Part shown: positions 49,019 through 56,262 of the stretch, in pieces
Layout of the letters: each line of letters starts with the position of its first letter
Position numbering within the stretch: position 1 is the first letter of the stretch
Assembly (NCBI GenBank): GCA_051531975.1
Contig: JAOPTT010000025.1
Location: forward strand, 14,802-71,063
Direction of reading: 5' to 3'
DNA: 56,262 nucleotides
From: Spirochaetaceae bacterium
GTDB lineage: Bacteria > Spirochaetota > Spirochaetia > DSM-2461
Translations under genes and position numbers: made by a program
The notes under the pieces: model-generated
The model's database searches: none
What the model saw: the letters and a program-made list of their open reading frames with translations, nothing else
What the model was told of the DNA's origin: nothing

Positions 49019-49417
49019 TTAATTCAAAGTAAGTTCAATCAAACATTTCATAGCTTTATCTGCTAAGTCATATTGAATAAAAATATGATCATGATAATAG
49101 GCCGCAACAACATTTGCACTTATATTATTATCTGTTAGTTTTGATGCAACAGCTGCAGTTAATCCAACAGCATTCAGACTTGAATGAACCTCTAATGTTA
49201 TTCTTTTAAATACACCTTCAAATTTTAATCCCTCTGAAGTTGCAATACTCTTTGTAAGAATAAGAGTTAAACCTTCTTTCTCCAAGAAAGTACATAATGG
49301 GTTTAAAGCTATATAATCACCATAAGTACCATCTGTAGTAATAAATACATATTCATTATCATCCAATATAGGAGACATATTTTTTAATAAACTATTTAAA
49401 TTCTCTTCACCTGACAT
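49019..49417 (-). CDS. ACT-domain protein (DUF2241/ACT_3-ACT_7)
   Basis: MSGEENL, EKEGLTLI, ITLEVHSSLNAVGLTAA and AYYHDHIF. Confidence 0.88.
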   Translation of the reverse strand: MSGEENLNSLLKNMSPILDDNEYVFITTDGTYGDYIALNPLCTFLEKEGLTLILTKSIATSEGLKFEGVFKRITLEVHSSLNAVGLTAAVASKLTDNNISANVVAAYYHDHIFIQYDLADKAMKCLIELTLN

Positions 49418-49518
49418 TTATTCTTCCTTTTTAAATAAGAGGTTACTTATTAATTATGCTGATATAGTACATTTTATTTTCTAAATATTTGTTATGTGTT
49501 TTTTATAATTATAACAAA

Positions 49519-50061
49519 CTAACCAAAGAATGAATCCCATATTTCTTTACAAATTTTATTTTTGGAACTTAATAACCCAATAATTCCAAATATGATAAAT
49601 ATAAAACCTATTGTCATAGGAGCATCCCAAAGATGCTTTCTTGACCCTTTCACTAAAACAGATTTTGTGGGGTTTGTTGGATCATAATAAACAGGATATA
49701 CTTTTCGCTCAGGATATTGTTGTTCAAACAGTTTTATATTACCGATTCCATAACTGAAATGGTCACTTTTATAGATCTCACCATTTATTTGATAAATATA
49801 TTCCAAAACAGGTGTATCTACACTTTTTACATGTTTTACTCGATATAATTTAGTAATTGTACATTCGCTTTTTAAATATTTATCTGTTTCAATCAATTTA
49901 TCAACATAATCTATAATTGGTACAAAGAAAAATACTAATCCCATTAAAATCATAACTATAGAAATCTTTTCATTTATATTAAAATTCTTAATATATTTAC
50001 TAAATGTTTTAATTTCATTTTTAGCTACATTAAGGTAATTTAAATATTTTTTTTTGTACAT
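49519..50061 (-). CDS. DUF3592-domain membrane protein
   Basis: Two TM segments flanking YIYQINGEIY...VYYDPTNPTKSVL. Confidence 0.75.
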   Translation of the reverse strand: MYKKKYLNYLNVAKNEIKTFSKYIKNFNINEKISIVMILMGLVFFFVPIIDYVDKLIETDKYLKSECTITKLYRVKHVKSVDTPVLEYIYQINGEIYKSDHFSYGIGNIKLFEQQYPERKVYPVYYDPTNPTKSVLVKGSRKHLWDAPMTIGFIFIIFGIIGLLSSKNKICKEIWDSFFG

Positions 50062-50146
50062 CTATAATCCCTTTTTAATATTATTTTGTATTTGATTACA
50101 CTAAAATCATGTTTTAGTAATGGTAGTTTTCTTGCTCTTCAACGAT

Positions 50147-50185
50147 CTATTATCAGATGAAGATACAAGAACTATCTGATAATAG
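50147..50185. repeat. 12-bp inverted repeat hairpin
   Basis: CTATTATCAGAT-N15-ATCTGATAATAG. Confidence 0.6.
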
Positions 50186-50299
50186 TTTATATAAGTGATT
50201 GTAACTCATTTACTTTAACTAAAAATATAAATCAAAGATTATATACGATTTTAATCTTGTTTTCCTGTTTTAATCAAAATCTTATATATATATATGAAA

Positions 50300-51196
50300 T
50301 TATAATTTCTCAGCATATACCATCCGCTCAATTTCCAGTACGCCTAAGCTTCTCCCTGTTGGTTTTACATAACGATCACCTAATACGTCATAATCAATAT
50401 CTTCAATTAATTTCCAACCATTTTTGTTCAAGTAAGCTTCTATTTGATTAGGATCAAATCCAAAATGCCAAATTTTATCTTTTAAGATGAATTTTTTATA
50501 AATAAATTCCTGTCCGTAAAGGTTTTCACCTGTAATAAAATCTTTTGGGACATAGGTAAACGCTAATCGACTTCCGGCGGGTACTTTCGAAAAAAAGTCA
50601 AAAGTTTTTTGAACTGCAGCCTCGTTTAAATACTGTGAAACTGCTTCCCAGATGATGAAGGTTTTTTCAGTTCCCAGATACCCCTGTTGTTTTAGTGCTT
50701 CCCCTAGATCCTGATTAATAAAGTTTATACTTACTTGTCTCACATGGTTTGGGAACACTCCTAAAGCTTTTTGTATAGCCTTTCGTTTAGCATCAATGTT
50801 TACAGCCTGATCAACTTCCCATGAAGAGATGTTCTGAACTTCCGAAAAACGATAAAGACGTGTGTCAAATCCTGCACCGAGGTTTACTACGGCTTTAATC
50901 TTATTCTCGGTAATTACTTCAATTAGACGTTCGTCAATATAACGCTTACGAACTAAACAGAAGCTCCAACCTCCCTGCATAATTTTTGTTGTTAAATTAA
51001 CCATCCAGTTTCTAATTGAAGCGATCTTTGTTAGATTAATCCAAAAGCGATTTGAACCAGAATAAAGTTGTGCTGCAAGATTATCTTCGATAACTCGTAG
51101 CTCTTTGGGAAAATTTTGCTCAATAGCTACAAACAAAGTTGGTTGATTTCCGGTTTTTGCAGCACCTTTTGTTTTAAACGTGTTTTTGTTTGCCAT
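50300..51196 (-). CDS. SAM-dependent methyltransferase (LCM/TIGR00027-like)
   Basis: RKRYID, VNLGAGFDTRLYR, EVDQ and WEAVSQYL. Start ATG51196 after GAGGAG. Confidence 0.88.
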   Translation of the reverse strand: MANKNTFKTKGAAKTGNQPTLFVAIEQNFPKELRVIEDNLAAQLYSGSNRFWINLTKIASIRNWMVNLTTKIMQGGWSFCLVRKRYIDERLIEVITENKIKAVVNLGAGFDTRLYRFSEVQNISSWEVDQAVNIDAKRKAIQKALGVFPNHVRQVSINFINQDLGEALKQQGYLGTEKTFIIWEAVSQYLNEAAVQKTFDFFSKVPAGSRLAFTYVPKDFITGENLYGQEFIYKKFILKDKIWHFGFDPNQIEAYLNKNGWKLIEDIDYDVLGDRYVKPTGRSLGVLEIERMVYAEKL

Positions 51197-51513
51197 AGAT
51201 TCTCCTCTCATATTATTATGACAATCAGCAATATTATGATTTCTAATATTGTATGTCTTAATAAATTATTACGCCTTAATCTAGCAATGACGAAATATTG
51301 CGCTATTACTAACAATATTCTATGCTAATCTTATTTAACAGTAAAATACTTTTTGCTTAATTTATATATTTCTTATATTCAATGGAATCAATTGTATTTC
51401 AATCCGTATAATTAATTATTTATTAATGCAAATCACTTATATAAACCCTTATTTACTACTTACAACCTTATTTTTTATGTTCTTTTATCGGTTTTACCAC
51501 CATTCATGGTGAC

Positions 51514-51623
51514 ATATAGTACCGAAATGAGTTGCGGAATTGTCCCGAAGGGTTGGCGTGATTCCTGCTTTTTTTTGTAGGAATCGTGACAAAGATTTTG
51601 TCATTTCCAATGAATTGTTAAAT
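51514..51623 (-). mobile_element. Degenerate integron attC-like site
   Basis: About 110-bp GC-richer imperfect palindrome. On the minus strand R'' is ATTTAAC, containing the TAA of an ORF remnant, and R' has decayed to ACTATAT. Inner stems are GATTCCTGC/GTAGGAATC, TTGTC/GACAA and CCC-GAA-GGG. Confidence 0.6.
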
Positions 51624-51837
51624 TCCAATTTTTGTATCTTTTAAATTCTTTATTTCTCGTAATAACAATCCATACTCCCCATAAGTATTTATATTTCCTT
51701 AGAATTATCATATAAGTAAGAATGATTTTAAGCTCAAATGTAACTTTTATAAAATCTTTTTTAGTACAATTACCTCTTATTACTGTTTTATTTATTTTTG
51801 GATTTTAAAGTGTTAATTTACACACTATAATGATGGC

Positions 51838-52197
51838 ATGTATAAAGCTGAATGTCATTGTGGAAATGTTAAATTAGAGTTTAATGAGTTATCGGAGGAT
51901 CTAGCAGATTGTAACTGTTCGATATGTCGTAAAATTGGGATGTTATGGTTGATTATTGATATATCTAAAGTTTCAATAACAATTGAGAAAAGTCCTACTA
52001 CTGTTTATCTTTGGGGTGAAAAAAACCTCGAGTATCATCATTGTCCTATTTGTGGTTGTACTACCCATGCTAAAACTGTAGAAAGTGCTAAAGATGCATT
52101 TTCTGGGATAAATGCAAGACTAGTTGATGATGAAAAAGTTAAGAGAATACCTGTTAAAGTTTTTGATGGTGCTGATACTAATAAGTACTTAGAATAA
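51838..52197 (+). CDS. GFA family (CENP-V-like) Zn-binding protein
   Basis: CHCGNV, CNCSIC and HHCPICGC. TATAAT lies 6 nt before the ATG. Confidence 0.9.
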   Translation: MYKAECHCGNVKLEFNELSEDLADCNCSICRKIGMLWLIIDISKVSITIEKSPTTVYLWGEKNLEYHHCPICGCTTHAKTVESAKDAFSGINARLVDDEKVKRIPVKVFDGADTNKYLE

Positions 52198-52274
52198 ATG
52201 AAAGCACATTGTAACCTAGGGTAGGTGTCATAATTTCTTTATTTATCTTTTATCTTCTGTTAATAAGCAAAGTC

Positions 52275-52670
52275 CTACAACTCCAATATCATATCCTTGG
52301 CAAGATCTTTAAATCCTAGATTTTCATATAAGGAAATAGCTTTTTTATTAAAGCTGTACACATTAATTATAATATCCGTATATTTTTTTTCTTTACATTT
52401 ATTTATTATTTTATCCATAAGCATTCTTCCATAACCATTATGTTTATGTTTATGTTTAGTACTAATAACCACATTATCAATATAAAAGTATGTTCTTTTT
52501 TTATGTATTGGTAAAAATCCTTTATACTCTTCATAACCATATATAAATCCAACTACATTATTGTTCAATTCCAATATATAAAACATATTTTTATCATCTT
52601 CGATAAATTCTTTTAGATATTCAATTTCCCTGAAAGGTTTTTCAGTTTCAGAGTATATATTAGGTTGGTT
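52275..52670 (-). pseudogene. 5'-truncated GNAT acetyltransferase
   Basis: VVGFI, YIDNVVI, GYGRMLM and NKKAISLYENLGF. The frame extends upstream of ATG52586 (NQPNIYSETEKPFREIEYLKEFIED) to a TAG at 52673-52671 with no ATG or RBS. Confidence 0.7.
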
Positions 52671-52685
52671 CTATAAATATATTAG

Positions 52686-53474
52686 TTAATCCAAAATTAA
52701 GTCTAACTCACGATTATGTTCTTTATTTGGCTTAGGATTTGTCCACAGTACAAAAAAATCATCTTCATTAGAAATTCCTTTAGGTGACCAATTCAATTTA
52801 GTTTTTTTGTATATTATGTGATCATTATCTGCATAAAATTTATCTAATTTTGAGTATTTATCAAAATCAATTAATTCTTTAGGAATTTTAATTATAAATT
52901 CTGCTTTTTCTATAGGATGCTGCCAATATCGTCCTGTAGCTGCTATATAATTAAAGCTGTAATATATTTCATCATTATATTTATAATCATAGATCTCATA
53001 TGGACGTTTATATGTTACTTCTATGGTAGTAATATCCTGTGCATTGATGTCAATATAGAATGATATTGCAGGATATTGTTCAGATTTATTAATCCTAAAA
53101 TAACCAAGATACATTTCATCAAACTTTTTTGAGTATACTTTAAAATCTTTGTTTAATTCATAGGCGGAATATTCAATTTCACTATTATTACTTTTATTTA
53201 AAATTTTAATATTAAAAGGTTGAATACAAAACGGTAAAACAATTTGTATTCTTGTACTGTTTAAATGAGTGTTTCTAAAAGTGTATGTTGCTTTAACATT
53301 TGAAATTTCTTTATTAACATTTACTTCAATTATTTCATCATTAAGGTATACTCCTGATTTTGAAAAAGAAATAGGACTAATACTATACGCACCTATATCA
53401 GTTGAAATTGGATTTGAATAGATTATATTTATTTGGAATATTATAAATAATAATATGCTTGGATATTGTTTCAA
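52686..53474 (-). CDS. Hypothetical exported protein (DUF4424-like)
   Basis: Signal-like N-terminus, ATYTFRN and FNYIAATGRYWQHPI. Probable start TTG53474 after GGAG. Confidence 0.6.
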   Translation of the reverse strand: MKQYPSILLFIIFQINIIYSNPISTDIGAYSISPISFSKSGVYLNDEIIEVNVNKEISNVKATYTFRNTHLNSTRIQIVLPFCIQPFNIKILNKSNNSEIEYSAYELNKDFKVYSKKFDEMYLGYFRINKSEQYPAISFYIDINAQDITTIEVTYKRPYEIYDYKYNDEIYYSFNYIAATGRYWQHPIEKAEFIIKIPKELIDFDKYSKLDKFYADNDHIIYKKTKLNWSPKGISNEDDFFVLWTNPKPNKEHNRELDLILD

Positions 53475-53774
53475 AAAAATCTCCACTTGTAATAATATTG
53501 TTATTAATAATTAAAATATTACACCGTTTCTCCTAAATGGTCACCCTTAAAATTTGCGTGAATTTAACATACATAATCACTAGTTTTCCATATAACCAAA
53601 TATCAATATATTTCCACATAACAACACTATTACTTCAGTTATACCTAATTAAACAACCCAATAAAATTTTTGTATAAACTAAAGTTTTAGATAGTTTGTA
53701 GTTTTAAATTAAGAGAAATGGAAGAAGTTATTACATTTCACTCCATTTTTGTTTATGTTTTTACTTATAAATAT

Positions 53775-53818
53775 AAAAGCCCTCACTTAAGTATTTGAAA
53801 CATCAAGTAAGGGCTTTT
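53775..53818 (-). terminator. pflB terminator-like hairpin
   Basis: AAAAGCCCT..ACTT..AAGT..AGGGCTTTT, 13 nt past the pflB stop. Confidence 0.65.
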
Positions 53819-53831
53819 TATTATTTATTTC

Positions 53832-56075
53832 TTAATTAAACTTAGTATGAAAAGTCCTATTAATAATATCCATTTGTTGTTCTTTTGTTAGTTTGACGAA
53901 GTTTACGGCGTAACCTGATACCCTTACTGTTAGTTGTGGGTATAGTTCAGGGTGTTCCATTGCGTCTAATAACATCTCTTTTTCTAGAACATTTATGTTA
54001 ATGTGGTGACCACCTTGTCTTACATAGCCATCTAGAATATTTGTTAAGTTATTAACTTGCTCATCAGTTGATTTACCTAATGAGGAAGGTGATGCACTAA
54101 AAGTATAAGATATACCATCTTCTGCAAATTCGTATGGAAGTTTAGCAACAGAGGCAATAGAAGCTATTGCACCGTTATGGTCTCTACCATGCATTGGGTT
54201 TGCACCAGGAGCAAAAGGATCTCCCTTTTTTCTACCACAAGGAGTATCCCCAGTTTTTTTACCATAAACAACATTAGAGGTTATAGTTAAAATTGACTGA
54301 GTTAGTTTTGAGTTTCTGTATGAGTTATTTTGTTGAAGTTTTTTCATAAACTGTTTAACTAAGTCACACGCTATTGAGTCTACTCTCTCATCATTATTTC
54401 CAAACTGTGGAAAGTCCCCTTCAGTTTCGTAACCTACTGCTGTTCCGACCTCATTTCTAATTACTTTAACTTTTGCATATTTAATTGCTGAAAGTGAATC
54501 GGCAACTACGGATAACCCTGCAATTCCACAGGCCATAGTTCTAACAACTTCTAAGTCATGTAAAGCCATCTGAACACTCTCGTATGCGTATTTATCGTGC
54601 ATGTAATGGATTATATTTAGAGCATCAACATATATGTGAGCTATCCAGCCCATAAAGTTGTCAAATTTTAACATTACTTCATCATAATCTAGGTATTCGC
54701 TTCTTATTGGCTCAAACTTTGGACCAACTTGAACACCTGTTATTTCATCTTTACCACCATTTATGGCGTATAAAAGAGTTTTAGCAAGGTTACATCTAGC
54801 ACCAAAAAACTGCATCTGCTTCCCTATTCTCATAGCTGAAACACAACATGCAATTGCGTAGTCGTCTCCAAATTCTTTTCTCATTAAAAAGTCAGACTCA
54901 TACTGGATCGCACTAGTATCGATAGAAACTTTTGTACAATATTTTTTCCAACTATCTGGACTTCTAGTAGACCATAAAACAGTTAAGTTTGGCTCAGGAG
55001 AAGAACCTAAATTGTAAAGTGTATGTAGGATTCTAAAAGAAGATTTTGTTACTAAAGACCGACCATCACAAGACATTCCACCAATAGCTTCAGTTACCCA
55101 TACAGGGTCTCCACTAAAAAGTTCATCGTAGGCTGGAGTTCTTAAAAACCTGACCATACGTAACTTCATAACAAAGTGATCCATAATCTCCTGGGCTTCC
55201 GATTCTGTAAGTAAACCTTCAGCAATATCCCGTTCAACAAAGATATCAAGGAATGATGAAACACGACCTAAACTCATTGCTGCACCATTTTGCTCTTTTA
55301 TTGCAGCTAAATATGCAAAATAAACCCACTGAAAAGCCTCTTTTGTATTATTAGCAGGCTTAGAGATATCAAAACCATAAGATTCTGCCATTACCCTAAG
55401 CTCTTTAAGACTAGCTATCTGATCTGTTAGTTCCTCTCGAAGTCTAATTGACTCCTCGTTAAAAGGTTTACCATCTAAAGATAACTTCTGCTGACTTTTA
55501 TCATCAACAAGGAAATCTAGACCATAAAGTGCTAACCTTCTGTAGTCACCTATAATTCTACCCCGGCCATAACCATCTGGAAGCCCTGTAATAATACCTG
55601 ACTTTCTAGCAGCTCTAATTTCTGAATTATAAGCTGCATATACTCCATCGTTATGGGTCTTTCTATAGTTTGAAAATATATCGTTAACTATTGGGTCTAA
55701 CTCGTAACCATAAGCCTTACACGAGCTATCAACAACTTTAATACCACCGTATGGCATTATTGCTCGTTTAAGTGGTTCATCTGTCTGTAGCCCCACTATA
55801 GTTTCTAAATCTTTATCTATATAACCAGCTCCATGGGAACTAACTGTGGAAATTGTTTTAACATCGATGGAAAGTGGTCCCTTAGCATCAATCTCTTGTA
55901 TAAAAAGTTCTTTAACACGATTCCATAATTTAACAGTGTCATCTGTAGGACCTGCTAAAAAGGACTCATCTCCATTATATGGAGTTATATTGGACAAAAT
56001 AAAATCTGAAACATTAACGCCTTCGCTCCAACGTCCAGTTTTAAATCCACGCCATTCATTTTTAAAATCTTTCAT
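53832..56075 (-). CDS. pflB: Pyruvate formate-lyase (formate C-acetyltransferase)
   Basis: IACCVS active-site Cys pair, TVRVSGYAV glycyl-radical motif and [11 protein letters not shown]. Confidence 0.97.
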   Translation of the reverse strand: MKDFKNEWRGFKTGRWSEGVNVSDFILSNITPYNGDESFLAGPTDDTVKLWNRVKELFIQEIDAKGPLSIDVKTISTVSSHGAGYIDKDLETIVGLQTDEPLKRAIMPYGGIKVVDSSCKAYGYELDPIVNDIFSNYRKTHNDGVYAAYNSEIRAARKSGIITGLPDGYGRGRIIGDYRRLALYGLDFLVDDKSQQKLSLDGKPFNEESIRLREELTDQIASLKELRVMAESYGFDISKPANNTKEAFQWVYFAYLAAIKEQNGAAMSLGRVSSFLDIFVERDIAEGLLTESEAQEIMDHFVMKLRMVRFLRTPAYDELFSGDPVWVTEAIGGMSCDGRSLVTKSSFRILHTLYNLGSSPEPNLTVLWSTRSPDSWKKYCTKVSIDTSAIQYESDFLMRKEFGDDYAIACCVSAMRIGKQMQFFGARCNLAKTLLYAINGGKDEITGVQVGPKFEPIRSEYLDYDEVMLKFDNFMGWIAHIYVDALNIIHYMHDKYAYESVQMALHDLEVVRTMACGIAGLSVVADSLSAIKYAKVKVIRNEVGTAVGYETEGDFPQFGNNDERVDSIACDLVKQFMKKLQQNNSYRNSKLTQSILTITSNVVYGKKTGDTPCGRKKGDPFAPGANPMHGRDHNGAIASIASVAKLPYEFAEDGISYTFSASPSSLGKSTDEQVNNLTNILDGYVRQGGHHININVLEKEMLLDAMEHPELYPQLTVRVSGYAVNFVKLTKEQQMDIINRTFHTKFN

Positions 56076-56094
56076 TGTGTCCTCCGTATATCAT

Positions 56095-56124
56095 AATAAT
56101 AGTTATCATTATGAATAAAATCAA
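56095..56124 (-). promoter_or_regulatory. pflB sigma70 promoter overlapped by a Fur-like box
   Basis: TTGATT-17 bp-TATTAT. CATAATGATAACTATTATT (56113-56095) matches GATAATGATAATCATTATC at 15/19. Confidence 0.5.
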
Positions 56125-56193
56125 CTAAATGTGTAATCTATAATCTTGTTTTGCCTGATTAAAACAAATATATAATTAAAAGTAAACTTTCTA

Positions 56194-56222
56194 TTGACCA
56201 TAATATGAGAATTTGGTAAATT
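56194..56222 (+). promoter_or_regulatory. sigma70 promoter upstream of the probable tRNA
   Basis: TTGACC(56194-56199)-17 bp-TAAATT with TGG extension. Confidence 0.6.
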
Positions 56223-56245
56223 AGCAACCGTTAGAAAATGTAAGT

Positions 56246-56262
56246 GCGCCTGTCGTATAATG
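56246..56262 (+). tRNA. 5' end of a probable tRNA-Gly(TCC), cut by the window edge
   Basis: GCGCCTG-TC-GTATAATG parallels the 5' end of E. coli glyT (GCGGGCA-TC-GTATAATG) and has a promoter just upstream. Only 17 nt are visible and the anticodon is not. Confidence 0.6.

Noticed and set aside
53562..53589. dif/XerD-like arm ATTTAACATA
   Set aside because: There is no matching XerC arm at 6-bp spacing, and the match is compatible with chance in AT-rich DNA.
30737..53800. Prophage, ICE or anti-phage defence island
   Set aside because: No integrase, transposase, phage structural, conjugation, nuclease or NTPase genes are recognisable. Orphan proteins could still hide unrecognised functions.

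Overview
AT-rich chromosomal window, most likely from a free-living Spirochaetales bacterium (inferred from gene order and protein features). 1-8.8 kb holds a REC-DUF3369-HD-GYP regulator, gltD/gltB and an NrpR-family repressor, with a candidate operator over the gltB transcription start. 8.8-30.6 kb is a minus-strand flagellar cluster (fliK flgD flgE flbD motA motB fliL fliM fliY fliO fliP fliQ fliR flhB flhA flhF flhG, hypothetical, fliA, fapA, two hypotheticals, orphan cheA-like) headed by a sigma28-like promoter. 30.7-53.8 kb is a mosaic accessory region with an MCP, DinB, orphan lipoproteins, AraC/YdcF, a 4Fe-4S protein, hemerythrin, ferritin, ALDH, ACT, DUF3592, a methyltransferase, GFA and a truncated GNAT. 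It carries recombination scars: a decayed attC-like site, a degenerate duplicate of the ferritin 5' region and a 16-bp inverted repeat pair. The window ends with pflB and the first bases of a probable tRNA-Gly. No integrase, transposase, CRISPR array or recognisable defence system was seen. I cannot claim a complete new system. The best leads are the NrpR/GGCA-N6-TGCC circuit, the attC relic, the ferritin-repeat-bounded segment, the Q/M/P/G repeat in FliY and recurrent leaderless gene starts. All family calls come from motif recognition by eye, not database searches.
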